Assembly (NCBI RefSeq): GCF_001194135.2
Contig: NC_068990.1
Span: 90,288,231 to 90,338,476, forward strand
DNA from: Octopus bimaculoides
Taxonomy: Eukaryota
DNA length: 50,246 nucleotides
Direction of reading: 5' to 3'
In this document: positions 12,945-23,741 of the stretch, one piece after another
Layout of the letters: every line of letters begins with the position of its first letter
How positions within the stretch are numbered: position 1 is the first letter of the stretch
Notes under the pieces: model-generated
The model's database searches: none
What the model was told of the DNA's origin: nothing
What the model saw: only the letters and a program-made list of their open reading frames with translations
Program-made: the position numbers and the translations under genes

Positions 12945-13175
12945 CTTATCTATTCTAGGCACAAGGCCCGAATTGTTTTGGTGGTGGAGTAGTCGATTAG
13001 ATCGACCCCATTATGCAACCGGTACTTAATTTATCGACCCGAACGGATGAAAGGCAAAATTGATCTCGGCGGATTTTGAACTCTGAACTGCACCGAGGTC
13101 GACTTTGCCTTTCATAAATTATTGTTTTCTACTCTAGGTACAAGGCCCGAAAATTTGGGGGAGGGAGCCAGACGG
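12945..13175 (-). mobile_element. Rearranged family A SINE cluster (minus copy, inverted internal piece, second 3' end)
   Basis: CTAGGCACAAGGCCCGAA at about 12956 and CTAGGTACAAGGCCCGAA at about 13135; plus-strand piece CACCGAGGTCGACTTTGCCTTTCAT at 13091-13115. Confidence 0.85.
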
Positions 13176-13691
13176 TAGAAAATTTTATCTATAGACTGAA
13201 AATTTTATATGGATAGGGCGATGTGATAGCGTGTTCTAATTTTTAAAAATATTAAAATTGTTATGTGTGCGAATCACCAAGCATTATTAATGGTCGCAGT
13301 GTGGATTCGATATTCCAAGTTATTATGGTGACACGATAAATGTACAAGTATTCTTCTGAATGGCGACAATCCTGTCAGCAACTGTTGTTGTGGTTAATGT
13401 AATTTTGTTGAATTGTCGCGAGGAGGTGTTGAGAAACAGTTACTGAAAGGAAAAGGAGCAGTTAGTTAAAATATGTTTGGAATACACTGCTCTAGGTGGT
13501 TAATCAAATCTTATATTACATTTGAAAACCAGAGAGATTATTTAAATAATGTACACCAAGAAGCTTATATAACACGGGATGGACATGGTTGGAATATGAT
13601 CTAAGGCTGGAATATCTGGGAAGACACGAACTGATATTCCAATATGACAGCCTCAAATTTTTGTATATTATCGAACCCATGTCTTTTTCTT

Positions 13692-13769
13692 AAAGACGTT
13701 GTGTTGTAAACTAAGTAGGATTTCGTTGCTATTTCTAGCTGGTCGAGCGAGCGCATAGATGCTCCTTCG
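13692..13769 (-). mobile_element. Old SINE-like repeat, family D
   Basis: Reverse complement CCAGCTAGAAATAGCAACGAAATCC aligns with CCTGCTAGAAATAACAACTAAATCC at 41947-41971. Confidence 0.65.
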
Positions 13770-15216
13770 TATTATTATTGTAATTTTTTTTGAGTTTTAC
13801 ATATCCTCTTTTCTAAATTGTTTTGTAAAGCAAATATTGTTTTTCAAGCCAAATATATTGTAATGGTCGCAGCATATCACAATTATGGACTTGTGGTATA
13901 GACATATCATATAGGGTATATAGTAATGGCTAAACTCTAATTATGGACTTATCCTAATGGCCATGTCATAACTGCCAAAACGTAATCATTACTGACAGCA
14001 CAGTTTTCCGTGACACTTCCTGGAGTCACATGATCACATAACAATTGTGCGTGTATGAGCGTGTGTAATGTAGATTTCCATAAATATTTTGAGAAAGCCG
14101 CCGTTTTAAATAGATATTCTATTCTAATGTTTGCTTTGAATGTTTCACACTCAAACACCAATTATTGCTATCAATATCAGCAGAAAAATTATAATTATTG
14201 AAATAACAGTTGAAAAGAAAACAAAAAAAAAAAAGAAAACATAAAAAAGAAAGAAAGTAAAAGAAATGGAAACGGCAAGCAGCGTCAAGTTCCGCAACGA
14301 GGCTGCAAATTTGAATACGAGAGATGAAAATATCAGAGAATGTCGTGAGAAGAAAACAGTACAATGGAATCGATTATAGATTCGTGTTAAGTTCAATAAG
14401 CAAGAGAAATCTGACATAATTGACAAAATGAATATGAAGGCAGTAAGCCGAGATCATAATGAAATGAAAAATAATAAAGACTGCTTAACTGCATTTGATG
14501 AATAGGTTTTGTGCTGTTTATATTTAAACTAGAAGGTCAATAAATACATTAACAGCTTAATGTATAAAACTGTCTCGTAACAACTAACCGAAGGGGACAC
14601 CGAAGAGTGGAGTGATCGGACTAAATGCTGTTTGGTATTTAGTAATGTCCCATTAGATTTGTGTTCTAATGAGCGAAACAAGACAGAAGAATAGCTCTTC
14701 AAGAGGAGTCGTGTGACAGAGACAGCATCACGATGCACCAAATTCTTTCATTCGGAGTAAATTCTGTTTGGCCACGAGTTACTTCTTCCTGAATTGTGGG
14801 TTCTAATCCAATCCAATTCATTCTAAATAGAATTTGGTCCTTTATTTTTCCAAAGATAGAAACGATAAATTGCGGTGGCACAGTTGGAACTATACACCTT
14901 CGCCTTACAAGCTTATATTACAGTGGTCAAGGCAGAGTATCGGTTTAATTGAATATGTTAATTCTCCATAGACATGTAACTATATAGATATATAGGAAAT
15001 AATTAATAAATATTGATTAAATGACTGAAATGTATTCTGGGGTGGATTAGTAAGTAGTTGGGCCATCAGTGAAGGCTCAATGTAGATGTCGGTTTTCCAT
15101 GGAATGAAAGTCAACGGGAGTTCGACAGGAAAACAGAAAGCACCCAACAAAACATGAAATACAAGGATGCAACGCAGGTTTGAACCTTTATTACAAATTT
15201 CACCTCTACCAATAGC

Positions 15217-15440
15217 TTAATATCCTTTCTACTATAGGTACAAGGCTTGAAATTTTGTAAGGAGGGGACTAGAAAATTACATCGAGCCCGGAATTTTACT
15301 GGTACTTAATTTATCGACCCCGAAAGAATGAAAGGCAAAGTCGACCTTGAATGAATTTGAACCCAGAACGTAGCGACGGGCGAAATACAGCTAAGCATTT
15401 CGCCCCGTGTGCTAACGATTCTGCCAGCTCGTCGCCTTTT
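15217..15440 (-). mobile_element. Full-length family A SINE with 8-bp TSD
   Basis: Complete head to tail; flanked by CCAATAGC at 15209-15216 and 15441-15448. Confidence 0.92.
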
Positions 15441-15789
15441 CCAATAGCAAGAATATCGTTATACGATGTTCTTTTTATTAGATTACCAGATTAGGAATAT
15501 AGACAAAGTTTCGACATATCTGAGCAGATGTAAATTCTGAAAGAATTAGTACCGGAAAGACTCGTTTCTATATTGTAATAAATCCAAAAATTAAGAGCAA
15601 AAAGAAAGAAAGAAAAAAGGGCAGCGCAGCCACGTGAGCATGATTGCTGTGTATTGAATCTAAGCAACGGAAAGACGAGTGAAGGGTAATGAAATATTTT
15701 CTGCACGATATCATACCGGAGCCAGAAAGTTTGAAATTCTTTGTGAAGATAACAGGAAGAGGAAATAAAGCGTTACCTGGTTCAGTCAC

Positions 15790-15843
15790 CTGTACAATGT
15801 TTAATGATTCTTTCATCTCGACCTGAGTTACGCTCTAGCTTCA
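15790..15843 (-). other. Candidate symmetric exon (54 nt, phase 1/1)
   Basis: Acceptor GTCCATTTGTTCAG, donor CAG/GTGACT; open frame xKLERNSGRDERIIKHCTx. Confidence 0.22.
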
Positions 15844-17139
15844 CTGAACAAATGGACTTTCAACAAATGTTACCAGTTCTCTCCTAATGGCGTTTATACT
15901 AAAGTTCCTGTTTTGGCGAAGTTGTTTCGGTAAATGTGTTTCATAAAAATAAACTCAGTACAATTGGTCATCTGTTAAATTGTAAATGCAATTGTTTTAT
16001 CTATCAATTTTATTTGCAACTATCTTAAAGGATGATGTGCAATGCCAAGTAATAATAATACATTGCAGAATGAAAAAAGTATTTAATAAAGAAGCACGTG
16101 GATGACTATATAGGATTTCATTTAACTTAAAGTACACATTCAACTGATAGAAACCAGTTCAGTCATAAGGAGGTCATATATCAGAAAGGAGATGCAGTCA
16201 ATAACAAAATCTATCTCCTCAACAGTTAAAGGTTAAGATGAAAGATTTGTTTCTTAGTTAGATATTGATTTCTAAATGAGATCAAATGGAAGGTGGGTAA
16301 CGGAAGATGCTGAGTGAAAATCGGTCACGTCGATATATTCGTACCTAGGAAATGGAAGGAGGGAAATGTTCAAGTAGCACAAGAACTTTGAAAATAAATG
16401 TATGAAAATGGAAGAAGCGAAAATGCATTCACTTGAAATCCTGATGCAAGCAGACAGGTGACGCCAGTACCAAAAGGATTTGCAATCTGCCTTTAGAAGA
16501 ACACTTGGAAATACACTCGCTCTTCTCATTATGGAATGCAATTCGTAGCACTTGAGGAACAAATTGGCAACACAAAAGTACAAATAGAATTAATCATACA
16601 TACCTACAGACGAGATAAATTGTTATTTATGTTAAGGTATTTAATTTGCTACTGAAGCGTTCCAGTCGATTCCTCGCCAATTCTAAATATGATAAAAGCG
16701 TCAATAAACATTTATGCCAACTTCACGCACATTTGGTTTTGTTAATAAGCTTGTGTTGCAGTTCTTTCGCTTGTTTAAACCATGGCAGTTTAAGCGATGC
16801 TGGTGCATCGTCGTCAGAAGAGAAAACAATCATGGTTGTGTGACTGAGAAGTTTACTTCGCAACTCCGAGGCTGCTGGTTCAATATTTTAAACAACCATC
16901 TTCGACCAAAGCATCCATTAAAAATATGCCACGTAACTGAAAGTTTGTAGACAGAGACGTGCGCGCACCCCCTCCCCCCATTAATGTATGGTTAATTTCG
17001 AGTTTTTAATAAAAGTAATTTTACATTAATGTGAAGAATTACCAAAAACTTTTCGTAGAGTGCATATTATATTTATCATACTTTTATTAGACGAGTGGTG
17101 TCAGTGATTTCAAAGTCACACGGCCACCTACCCTGTAGA

Positions 17140-17161
17140 CGGAAAATGAAATAAGCCCGTC

Positions 17162-17205
<44 letters not shown>

Positions 17206-17525
17206 NNNNNNNNNNNNNNNNNNNNNNNNNNNNNNNNNNNNNNNNNNNNNNNNNNNTGTATGTATGTATGTGTATGTATGTGTATGTATGTATCAATGTA
17301 TGTATTTATGTTTGTGTTTGTCCCCACTACCGCGTGACACCCGGTGTTGCTTTGTTTATGTCCTCGTAAGTAACTTAGTGGTTCGACCAAAGTGAAAGAT
17401 AGAATAAATACCAAGTATTTTTTTCAAAAATAAGTACTTGAGGGCGGGTTCAAAAGACCCACTTTGAGGAGGTACCCCAACATGGCTGCAGTCCAATGAC
17501 TGAAACAAGTAAAAGTTAAAAGATA
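17140..17525 (+). mobile_element. 5'-truncated family B SINE with expanded internal (TA)n/(TGTA)n
   Basis: GTAGACGGAAAATGAAATAAGCCCGTCG, then (TA)n and a gap; 3' end CAGTCCAATGACTGAAACAAGTAAAAG. Confidence 0.85.
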
Positions 17526-18279
17526 TATATGTATTTGATTTCGGAACACTGTGATTTCAAGGTGATTTGCATGATATTTCAAATAGAGGGATCTGCTAAG
17601 CAGAAAATCCTCAATTAAATTTATAACAAATATGCATCACATCTGTTCGTTTACTTCGTGCTGTGATTTATAACGGTATCTTCTATCAGAACAAAACTCT
17701 AAACCGTTCACCCATGCACATACTCTACCTCATCCCCCTTCTTTCTATCTCATACCTCCTCTTTATTTCTTCCTACCTCTTATCTATCTCGCCTACCCCG
17801 TCCTCTCCCTGTGATAAACTTGCAAATAAACACATACGTGTGCAGGGAAAAAAACATATCTTATTTCAGTTGACATTGAACGGCAGCCGACGATTATTTC
17901 TTTTTCATCAAAAGAATATCTACATATGTGTGTATATGATTTTCAAATAGCTTGACAACTTGACTTATCATACTCAAACTTTCTTGCAACGAGAAAAGTT
18001 AAATAACAACGAGTTTAACCGACATCAAGTCGGGTCATAAATATTATTACAGCCAAAACTATATTTATGACGTTGCTAGAATTTTGACGTACTTTTTCAC
18101 ATAACTTGATATAAAGTACTGCGTGAGGCCAAACGACCGTCTCAATTCTCAAATAACGCACAATCCATTTTATTTAATTAGAAATTGTCAGATCCATCGT
18201 AAAGTCAATGAAAACAAACATAATACTGAATAATGTAGTCTAAGAAAATGAGAAACTTTGTTCTGAAATCACTAACAAT

Positions 18280-18420
18280 CGCTTGACAACCGATATTAGT
18301 AGACAACCGTGAATTAGTGGTTCAGCAACAGAAATCGATATGGGGCCGATTTGTTCGACTAAAGGTGGTGCTCCAGCATTACCGCAGTCTCAAATGACTG
18401 AGACAAATAAAAGAATAGAG
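18280..18420 (+). mobile_element. Internally deleted 3' part of a family B SINE
   Basis: GATTTGTTCGACTAAAGGTGGTGCTCCAGCAT..CAAATGACTGAGACAAATAAAAGAATA matches 2975-3050. Confidence 0.8.
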
Positions 18421-19077
18421 TACATTGCATATGTATTCACAAGATTTAGCTGTTAATGTTTAAATCGGAAATTTACGCAACTATATTCAATTTCAGTCAA
18501 AGAAACATGAGTTAACCAATAATACAATATTTGTCATCGACAAGGAGGACAGACACCTCAGGACTTGTCTGGCTTACGTTAAACTATTTAACGGTGAATG
18601 ATGACACAGCAGCTTGCTACCATATTCACAAAAGAATTGCTTTGTTAAGATATACATCAATATACACGTATGTTTATTGGGTTATCAGTTAAAATTATTC
18701 ACTTTGTTCAACTTGACACTCTATCATCACGTGTCTAAAAAGGGGAACAATTTATTCAATGGCGATAAACGATGCTTTATAGTCACTGAATAAATTTTAC
18801 CCCATTTTGTAGAGGAAACATAGAGCTACAATAAGCGATGAAACGCTACGATAAACATATTTTTGTGTTAATTCAAGTAAAGCTGGAAACGATTAAAATA
18901 AATGTAGACAAATGCTTGATTGTATCCGGCAACCCGATGGTAGTGTATTGACACAGAAAAACTAATGAGCTCGAATGATAGTGAAACCAGAGCTGTTTCC
19001 TGTATTTGCCGATTGAAACCTATTATGTCCTAGAGCTAGTACTAAAAGTACTCTTTTCGAGGGAGTGCGAATATTTA

Positions 19078-20330
19078 TAAGTGAGTCTCCTTGAAATATT
19101 CCTCATCCAAAGAGAAAAGCTTTAGTTTTTATGGTTCCCTCATCTGTCTGTAGCTGCAGAACTTGTTTGCCATTTATTCAATGCATGTTTTATATGTTTA
19201 ATTATTGTTGGCGTTACTTTGTTCATGACTAGTGTTTCAATGATACATATGTGGGGGTTACTATCAAATGCCTTCTGGTAATGGATCTAAGCTTTGCTTA
19301 GACTCTCCTTTGCAGTATCTCTTATGCTCTGGAAACAGATTGTTTGCTTCTAGATGCCAATTCCCTGCGATATTATTGCTCTTAAGGCTTTGTAAGTTGT
19401 AGAGAAATAAGCTATGGCTCTATAGCGAATATGTGAATTAGGGTGGTTTTCGTGTCTTGTTAGCCATTCAAGTATTGTCTCTGACTCGGTTAACACCTCA
19501 TTGATCTTCTCAGCCAGCGCCTTGTATATCTTTGTTAAATACTTCTGCCAGAAATTTGGATCTTGTCATACCAAGGCGCCTTCTATTTGTTTAGGTTTTG
19601 CATTGCCTGTGTCGCCTCTTCCATAGTTATGGATGTCCAGAGTTGTTCACGTGCTGTGTTTGTTGTTTTAATTGATGTTTTCCGGGATTGTTGCTTCGCC
19701 CATAATTCTTTCTTGAATTCTTCCACTTCTGCTGTTGGTTCTACATTGGTCTCTCTCTATTATTTTTACCCACTTCTTGCTGCGTCATTTTGGATTGGAG
19801 CTAAACTGCTTAATTTCTTCAAAGAATCGCTGGCGTTTCTCATACTGACGGATTCTTCGTACTTTAGCGAAGTTATCTTTCTTTAGCTGTTCTTTTGACT
19901 CAGTTATACATTGATTTAGTAATTTATACTTCTGTAGTAATTTTCTTTCGTTCCTCTTGTTTAATAATGTTGTTTGTTTACTAATCTCATTCAGACTGAC
20001 AGATCCTTTCTTTATTTTCTATCTTTTCTTTTTCTGGATATTAGATTTCCATACCGTTTGTTTAGGCTGTGATACTCCTGCTTGGATCGATTGGAAGTAG
20101 TATCCACTTTGCTTTGTGGCCATAGAGGCTGCTGCCTATATTATTTCACTTAGTCTGGTCATTTCGGTATTTGCTTCTTTTGTGATTAGTTCTTTGACGG
20201 GTTTGTTTTTATGGTGTGGCTTTGATCTCTCATACACAACGAACAACATCCTTTCGCTCTTATATTTGATTTCTGCTCCTCTCAGTATTTCCCCAACCTG
20301 GTCACCAGGGACACACTATAGTTCTGCTTT
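19078..20330 (-). mobile_element. Decayed R4/Dong-type reverse transcriptase fragment
   Basis: Minus-strand peptides KVRRIRQYEKRQRFFEEIKQFSSNPK, DKIQ/NFWQKYLTKIYKALAEKINEVLTESETILEWLT, YQKAFDS.PH (about 19261-19284) and GIFQGDS (19081-19105); multiple stops and frameshifts. Confidence 0.88.
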
Positions 20331-20336
20331 ACATTA

Positions 20337-20372
20337 TCACCACAACCACCACCACCATCACCACCACCACCA
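20337..20372. repeat. (CAC)n microsatellite
   Basis: Source of the poly-His stretch in ORF 20116..20484. Confidence 0.9.
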
Positions 20373-20733
20373 CTGTTTGAATATTCTTCTTTCTCTCTTT
20401 TTCTTTCCTTTTTTTCTGTCGTCTTCCTTTTTCTATTTTTTTTCTTCTTTCTTTCCGCCTGTTATAAAACTTAAAAACGGATGATGTCATTCCATCAACG
20501 GATGGGACCGCGCCTGCTAGAGATGAAGGTTGAACTTATAATTTCACTCCGAAAAGAGAATAGAACAGAAATAATTACAAGACATATTGTAAAACGCTAG
20601 TATCTACAGCTTGTAAGGTAGCATGCGCAGCAACAAAGCAGATTTCGACTACTAATAACTGTTCATATTTCGACAAATAAGGATTTTAAATTCAGGCATG
20701 AAGGCAACAGTTTTTAGGGTAAGGTTCGAACAA

Positions 20734-20951
20734 ATAATCTTTTCTACTGGAGGCATAAGGCCTCAAATTTGTTGGGAGGGGACTAGTCGATTACATCAAT
20801 CCCAGTGTTTCACTGGTACTTAATTTATCGACCCCGAAAGCATGAAAAGCAAAGCCGACCTCGTCGCAATTTGAACTCATAACATAGCGGCAGACGAAAT
20901 ACCGCTAAATATTTCGCCTCTCGTCCTAACGATTCCGCTAGTTCACTACCT
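20734..20951 (-). mobile_element. Full-length family A SINE with 12-bp TSD
   Basis: Flanked by AGGTTCGAACAA at 20722-20733 and 20952-20963. Confidence 0.92.
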
Positions 20952-21130
20952 AGGTTCGAACAACTAATCGTTCGCTTTAGGGCTGACCATACACAGTTAA
21001 TTAACAATGAATAAAGCAGCGGCGATAATGAGTGTAACTTGAGCTTGTGGGGGAACAACATATGCACACTTTGTAATGTATTCTTTAAGATATATTTCGG
21101 AAAACATTATTTTGTTTGTGTCATGTTCAG

Positions 21131-21418
21131 TGCCAACATAACATGACAGTCTTGGTTTAGGACGAATGTTGCTGCAATTAAGCCTCAGGAGACGTCGTCT
21201 CCAGCTGGCTATACGATACGATCTGTGTCCTTATATTTTCAAACAAGGGAATCTAGCACCCCCACTCAGCGCAAAACAATATCTGAGTGGGGATGCTAGC
21301 TTCCCTTGTTCGAAAATATAATGACACAGATCATGTCGTATAGCCAGCTGGAGACGATGTCTCCTGGGGCTAAATTACAACATTTGTCCTAAACCAGGAC
21401 TGCCATGTTATGTTGGCA
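21131..21418. mobile_element. 288-bp foldback/MITE-like inverted repeat
   Basis: Arms 21131-21269 and 21283-21418 are reverse complements with scattered mismatches; 13-nt loop. No TSD identified. Confidence 0.85.
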
Positions 21419-21902
21419 AACAATCTTTACTCCAAAGTACTGTTGCTGAATATCTCTCGTTGTGAGATTTACAAATAGTAATTTTATAATTTACTCAGTA
21501 AATTTTCATAATATTACTCGGAGTTTCAAATGCCGGAGTTAAGCGCTACGATGCATTCTCGTCGGCTATTAATGGCAATATACGGTATTAAGAACCGTTG
21601 AATAAAAGGGAAGTTACTCTAATAGGTAGAACAAATATAAAAGATTAAAAATACACGCAACCATATTCTCATAAAACATAAAATTATATATATATGTTCG
21701 TTTATAAGTATTGATGAAGAACGTATAACATCATTCGAAAGCAAAATCCGAAAAGAAAATTGTCTCTAAATATGATATATGATGGAAATGTAGCGCTAAG
21801 TTATTGAACAAATATCTACAGAAAAAAAAACATTAGATAATATTGACGTGAGTTTTCGAGCTAATACGAAAGTCACATCAAACGACAGTTGTATGCGAAT
21901 AG

Positions 21903-22191
21903 TCAACTGGAGAATTCGTAACGTTATTGGCTAAGCAAAAAAATATTATTGTGCAAGTTGATATCTACGCAACAACCTTGAGATACTAGGTTATCAATAA
22001 AGATATCACAGAATATATCGAAATCTGTGAACTCCATCGAGTACAGAAGAAATATCAAAAACAGGAATAGATTTTCTAGGAATCATAATTTTATTGACGT
22101 TATTAGTTTTAGAATAACCAATAAAATTACTACATTGATAAGAAAACGATACAAAATACTTTGTCTTATGTGCAATTCAAAGAACAAATAA
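21903..22191 (+). pseudogene. Degraded reading frame, paralog copy 1 (ankyrin/PRANC-like, tentative)
   Basis: STGEFVTLLAKQKNIIVQVDIYATTLRY*VINKDITEYIEICELHRVQKKYQ, then a +1 frameshift near 22060, then NRFSRNHNFIDVISFRITNKITTLIRKRYKILCLMCNSKNK*; colinear with 23514-23741. Confidence 0.4.
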
Positions 22192-22286
22192 CTTAGATTT
22201 CCTCTTTAATTAAATATCTGCCTGAGTGTGTATGTGTGTGTAAGCATGTGTGCATGTCTCTCTCTGTCTCTCTGTCTCTCTCTGTC

Positions 22287-22326
<40 letters not shown>
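22287..22326. repeat. (TATC)n microsatellite
   Basis: Tetranucleotide run. Confidence 0.93.
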
Positions 22327-22327
<1 letters not shown>

Positions 22328-22574
22328 TTATATATGTATATGTAATATAAATTATATATAAATTAAATATATATATATATATATATATATATANNNNNNN
22401 NNNNNNNNNNNNNNNNNNNGTATGTATATGTACATAATTACATCTGTCCTGTTTGTGTTATCAATTTTGACCCTCCGCAAAATCCCAAATTTTATTTAAT
22501 TTGCTTTGCGGGAGCAATTGTTTTATCGAAAGCGTATATTGTTGTTAAATGCTCGAAATACGAAAGTAGAAAAA

Positions 22575-22655
22575 CAGCCAACAACTGATGTAGGGTCGTT
22601 CTTTATGTTGTTTGTCATGTTTTCCATTTGTGTCTTTCGTTGTTCGAAAAAATAG
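22575..22655 (+). repeat. Interspersed repeat; inverted homolog at 24706-24775
   Basis: CAGCCAACAACTGATGTAGGGTCGTTCTTTATGTTGTTTGTC versus reverse complement CGGCCGACAACTGATGAAGGGGCGTTCCTTATGTTACTTGTC. Confidence 0.75.
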
Positions 22656-22699
22656 TTCATATTTAAGAAGATATGCCTGTCTGATGAAACCTCATTATA

Positions 22700-23445
22700 T
22701 TTCAACGGTATTTTATCATTCTTGAAAAGCTTGTCTTTATTAATGCTACCATTGATTTTTTTATTCGCAGTATTTTGCGTTGAAAACTTATTTTACCCAC
22801 CTGAAAGACTGCATGCAGAAAGGACTTTATGTATTTATCCGGTGCGCTGAGATATTTTTGGTGCAACATGTTTTTATCTTCGAGAAGTTTAATGATCTGC
22901 AGATCATTTTCATTAATCTATTTACAATGATTTCTATTTCTGCGACCAAGAAACTCAGCTCCGACCGATCCCAAGTTTCGTCAAATTCCACTTCCTGGAT
23001 AAGTATTTCGAAGATTCTCATGCACATCCGAGTCCTCTACTTCTAACACATCAATACCTTTAGGGACTTTTATTCCATCAGATATTATTTTGCGCTTGAT
23101 GCGAAGTTTCAATTTATCACTTACGAGCTTCATGACTCGGTCAATGCAGACATCCGGAAGGTTTAGTTTTCTTCGTTATAATGTAATTGAGGATACGCTC
23201 ATATTTGGATCTTGGGTGTATCCAACTAACCTTTTGAACATCCTTCTGACAAAAAACTCTGTGCAAGTTCAGTGCAAAGCTCAAGAAGGTGAAGACCGTT
23301 ATTGCTAATCTTCCTCCGTGTGAGTTTTACTGTTAGCAAATTTTCCTCTGGGACCAATGAATTTCTCAAACAAGCAAACGCTCCTCTCCATTGCATCTTT
23401 TGAACTGTTGCTTCTTGTTTTATCCTCCGTTTCTTCTACATCTAA
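22700..23445 (-). pseudogene. Decayed ORF of unknown identity
   Basis: One frame gives RRKLNLPDVCIDRVMKLVSDKLKLRIKRKIISDGIKVPKGIDVLEVEDSDVHENLRNTYPGSGI*RNLGSVGAEFLGRRNRNHCK*INENDLQIIKLLEDKNMLHQKYLSAPDKYIKSFLHAVFQ; the in-register antisense frame is also open (ORF 22780..23046). Confidence 0.4.
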
Positions 23446-23474
23446 TTTTTTATCGTATCAACATCATCTAGTAA

Positions 23475-23741
23475 TATCAACCTCACTTATATTCTTATAT
23501 TAATGAGCAAGCAGATATCAATGCAGTAATCTTTAGGAAGAGGGCCATCAATGATGATATCTCAGAATATATCGAAATCTACAAGTCCTATCTAACAGAG
23601 AGGAAATATCGAAACACGAATCGATTTTCTAGCATTCATTATTTCACTGAAGTTATTAGTTTCAAAATATCAACTAAAATTGGTCTTTTGATAAGAAAAC
23701 GATTCATATTTTGTCTTAAGTTCGATTACATCAAGCAATGA
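23475..23741 (+). pseudogene. Stop-free 88-codon frame without a start, paralog copy 2 (ankyrin/PRANC-like, tentative)
   Basis: YQPHLYSYINEQADINAVIFRKRAINDDISEYIEIYKSYLTERKYRNTNRFSSIHYFTEVISFKISTKIGLLIRKRFIFCLKFDYIKQ*; roughly half of residues identical to copy 1 by hand count. Confidence 0.4.

Noticed and set aside
16272-16950. Protein-looking stretches on both strands (KIGHVDIFVPRKW on +; SKLLSHTTMIVFSSDDDAPASLKLPWF on -)
   Set aside because: About five stops in 120 codons on +, a frameshift and stop on -, and no family recognised; not distinguishable from chance without a search.
20480-20525. HDV-like ribozyme near the 5' side of the R4 relic (GGCGCGGTCCCATCC on minus), and GGCGAATG at about 47800
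   Set aside because: I cannot build P1, P3 or P2; only a short CCATC/GATGG hairpin forms.
22523-22705. 60-aa minus-strand ORF as a continuation of the decayed ORF
   Set aside because: Its 3' half overlaps the interspersed repeat at 22575-22655, so the open frame may be incidental.
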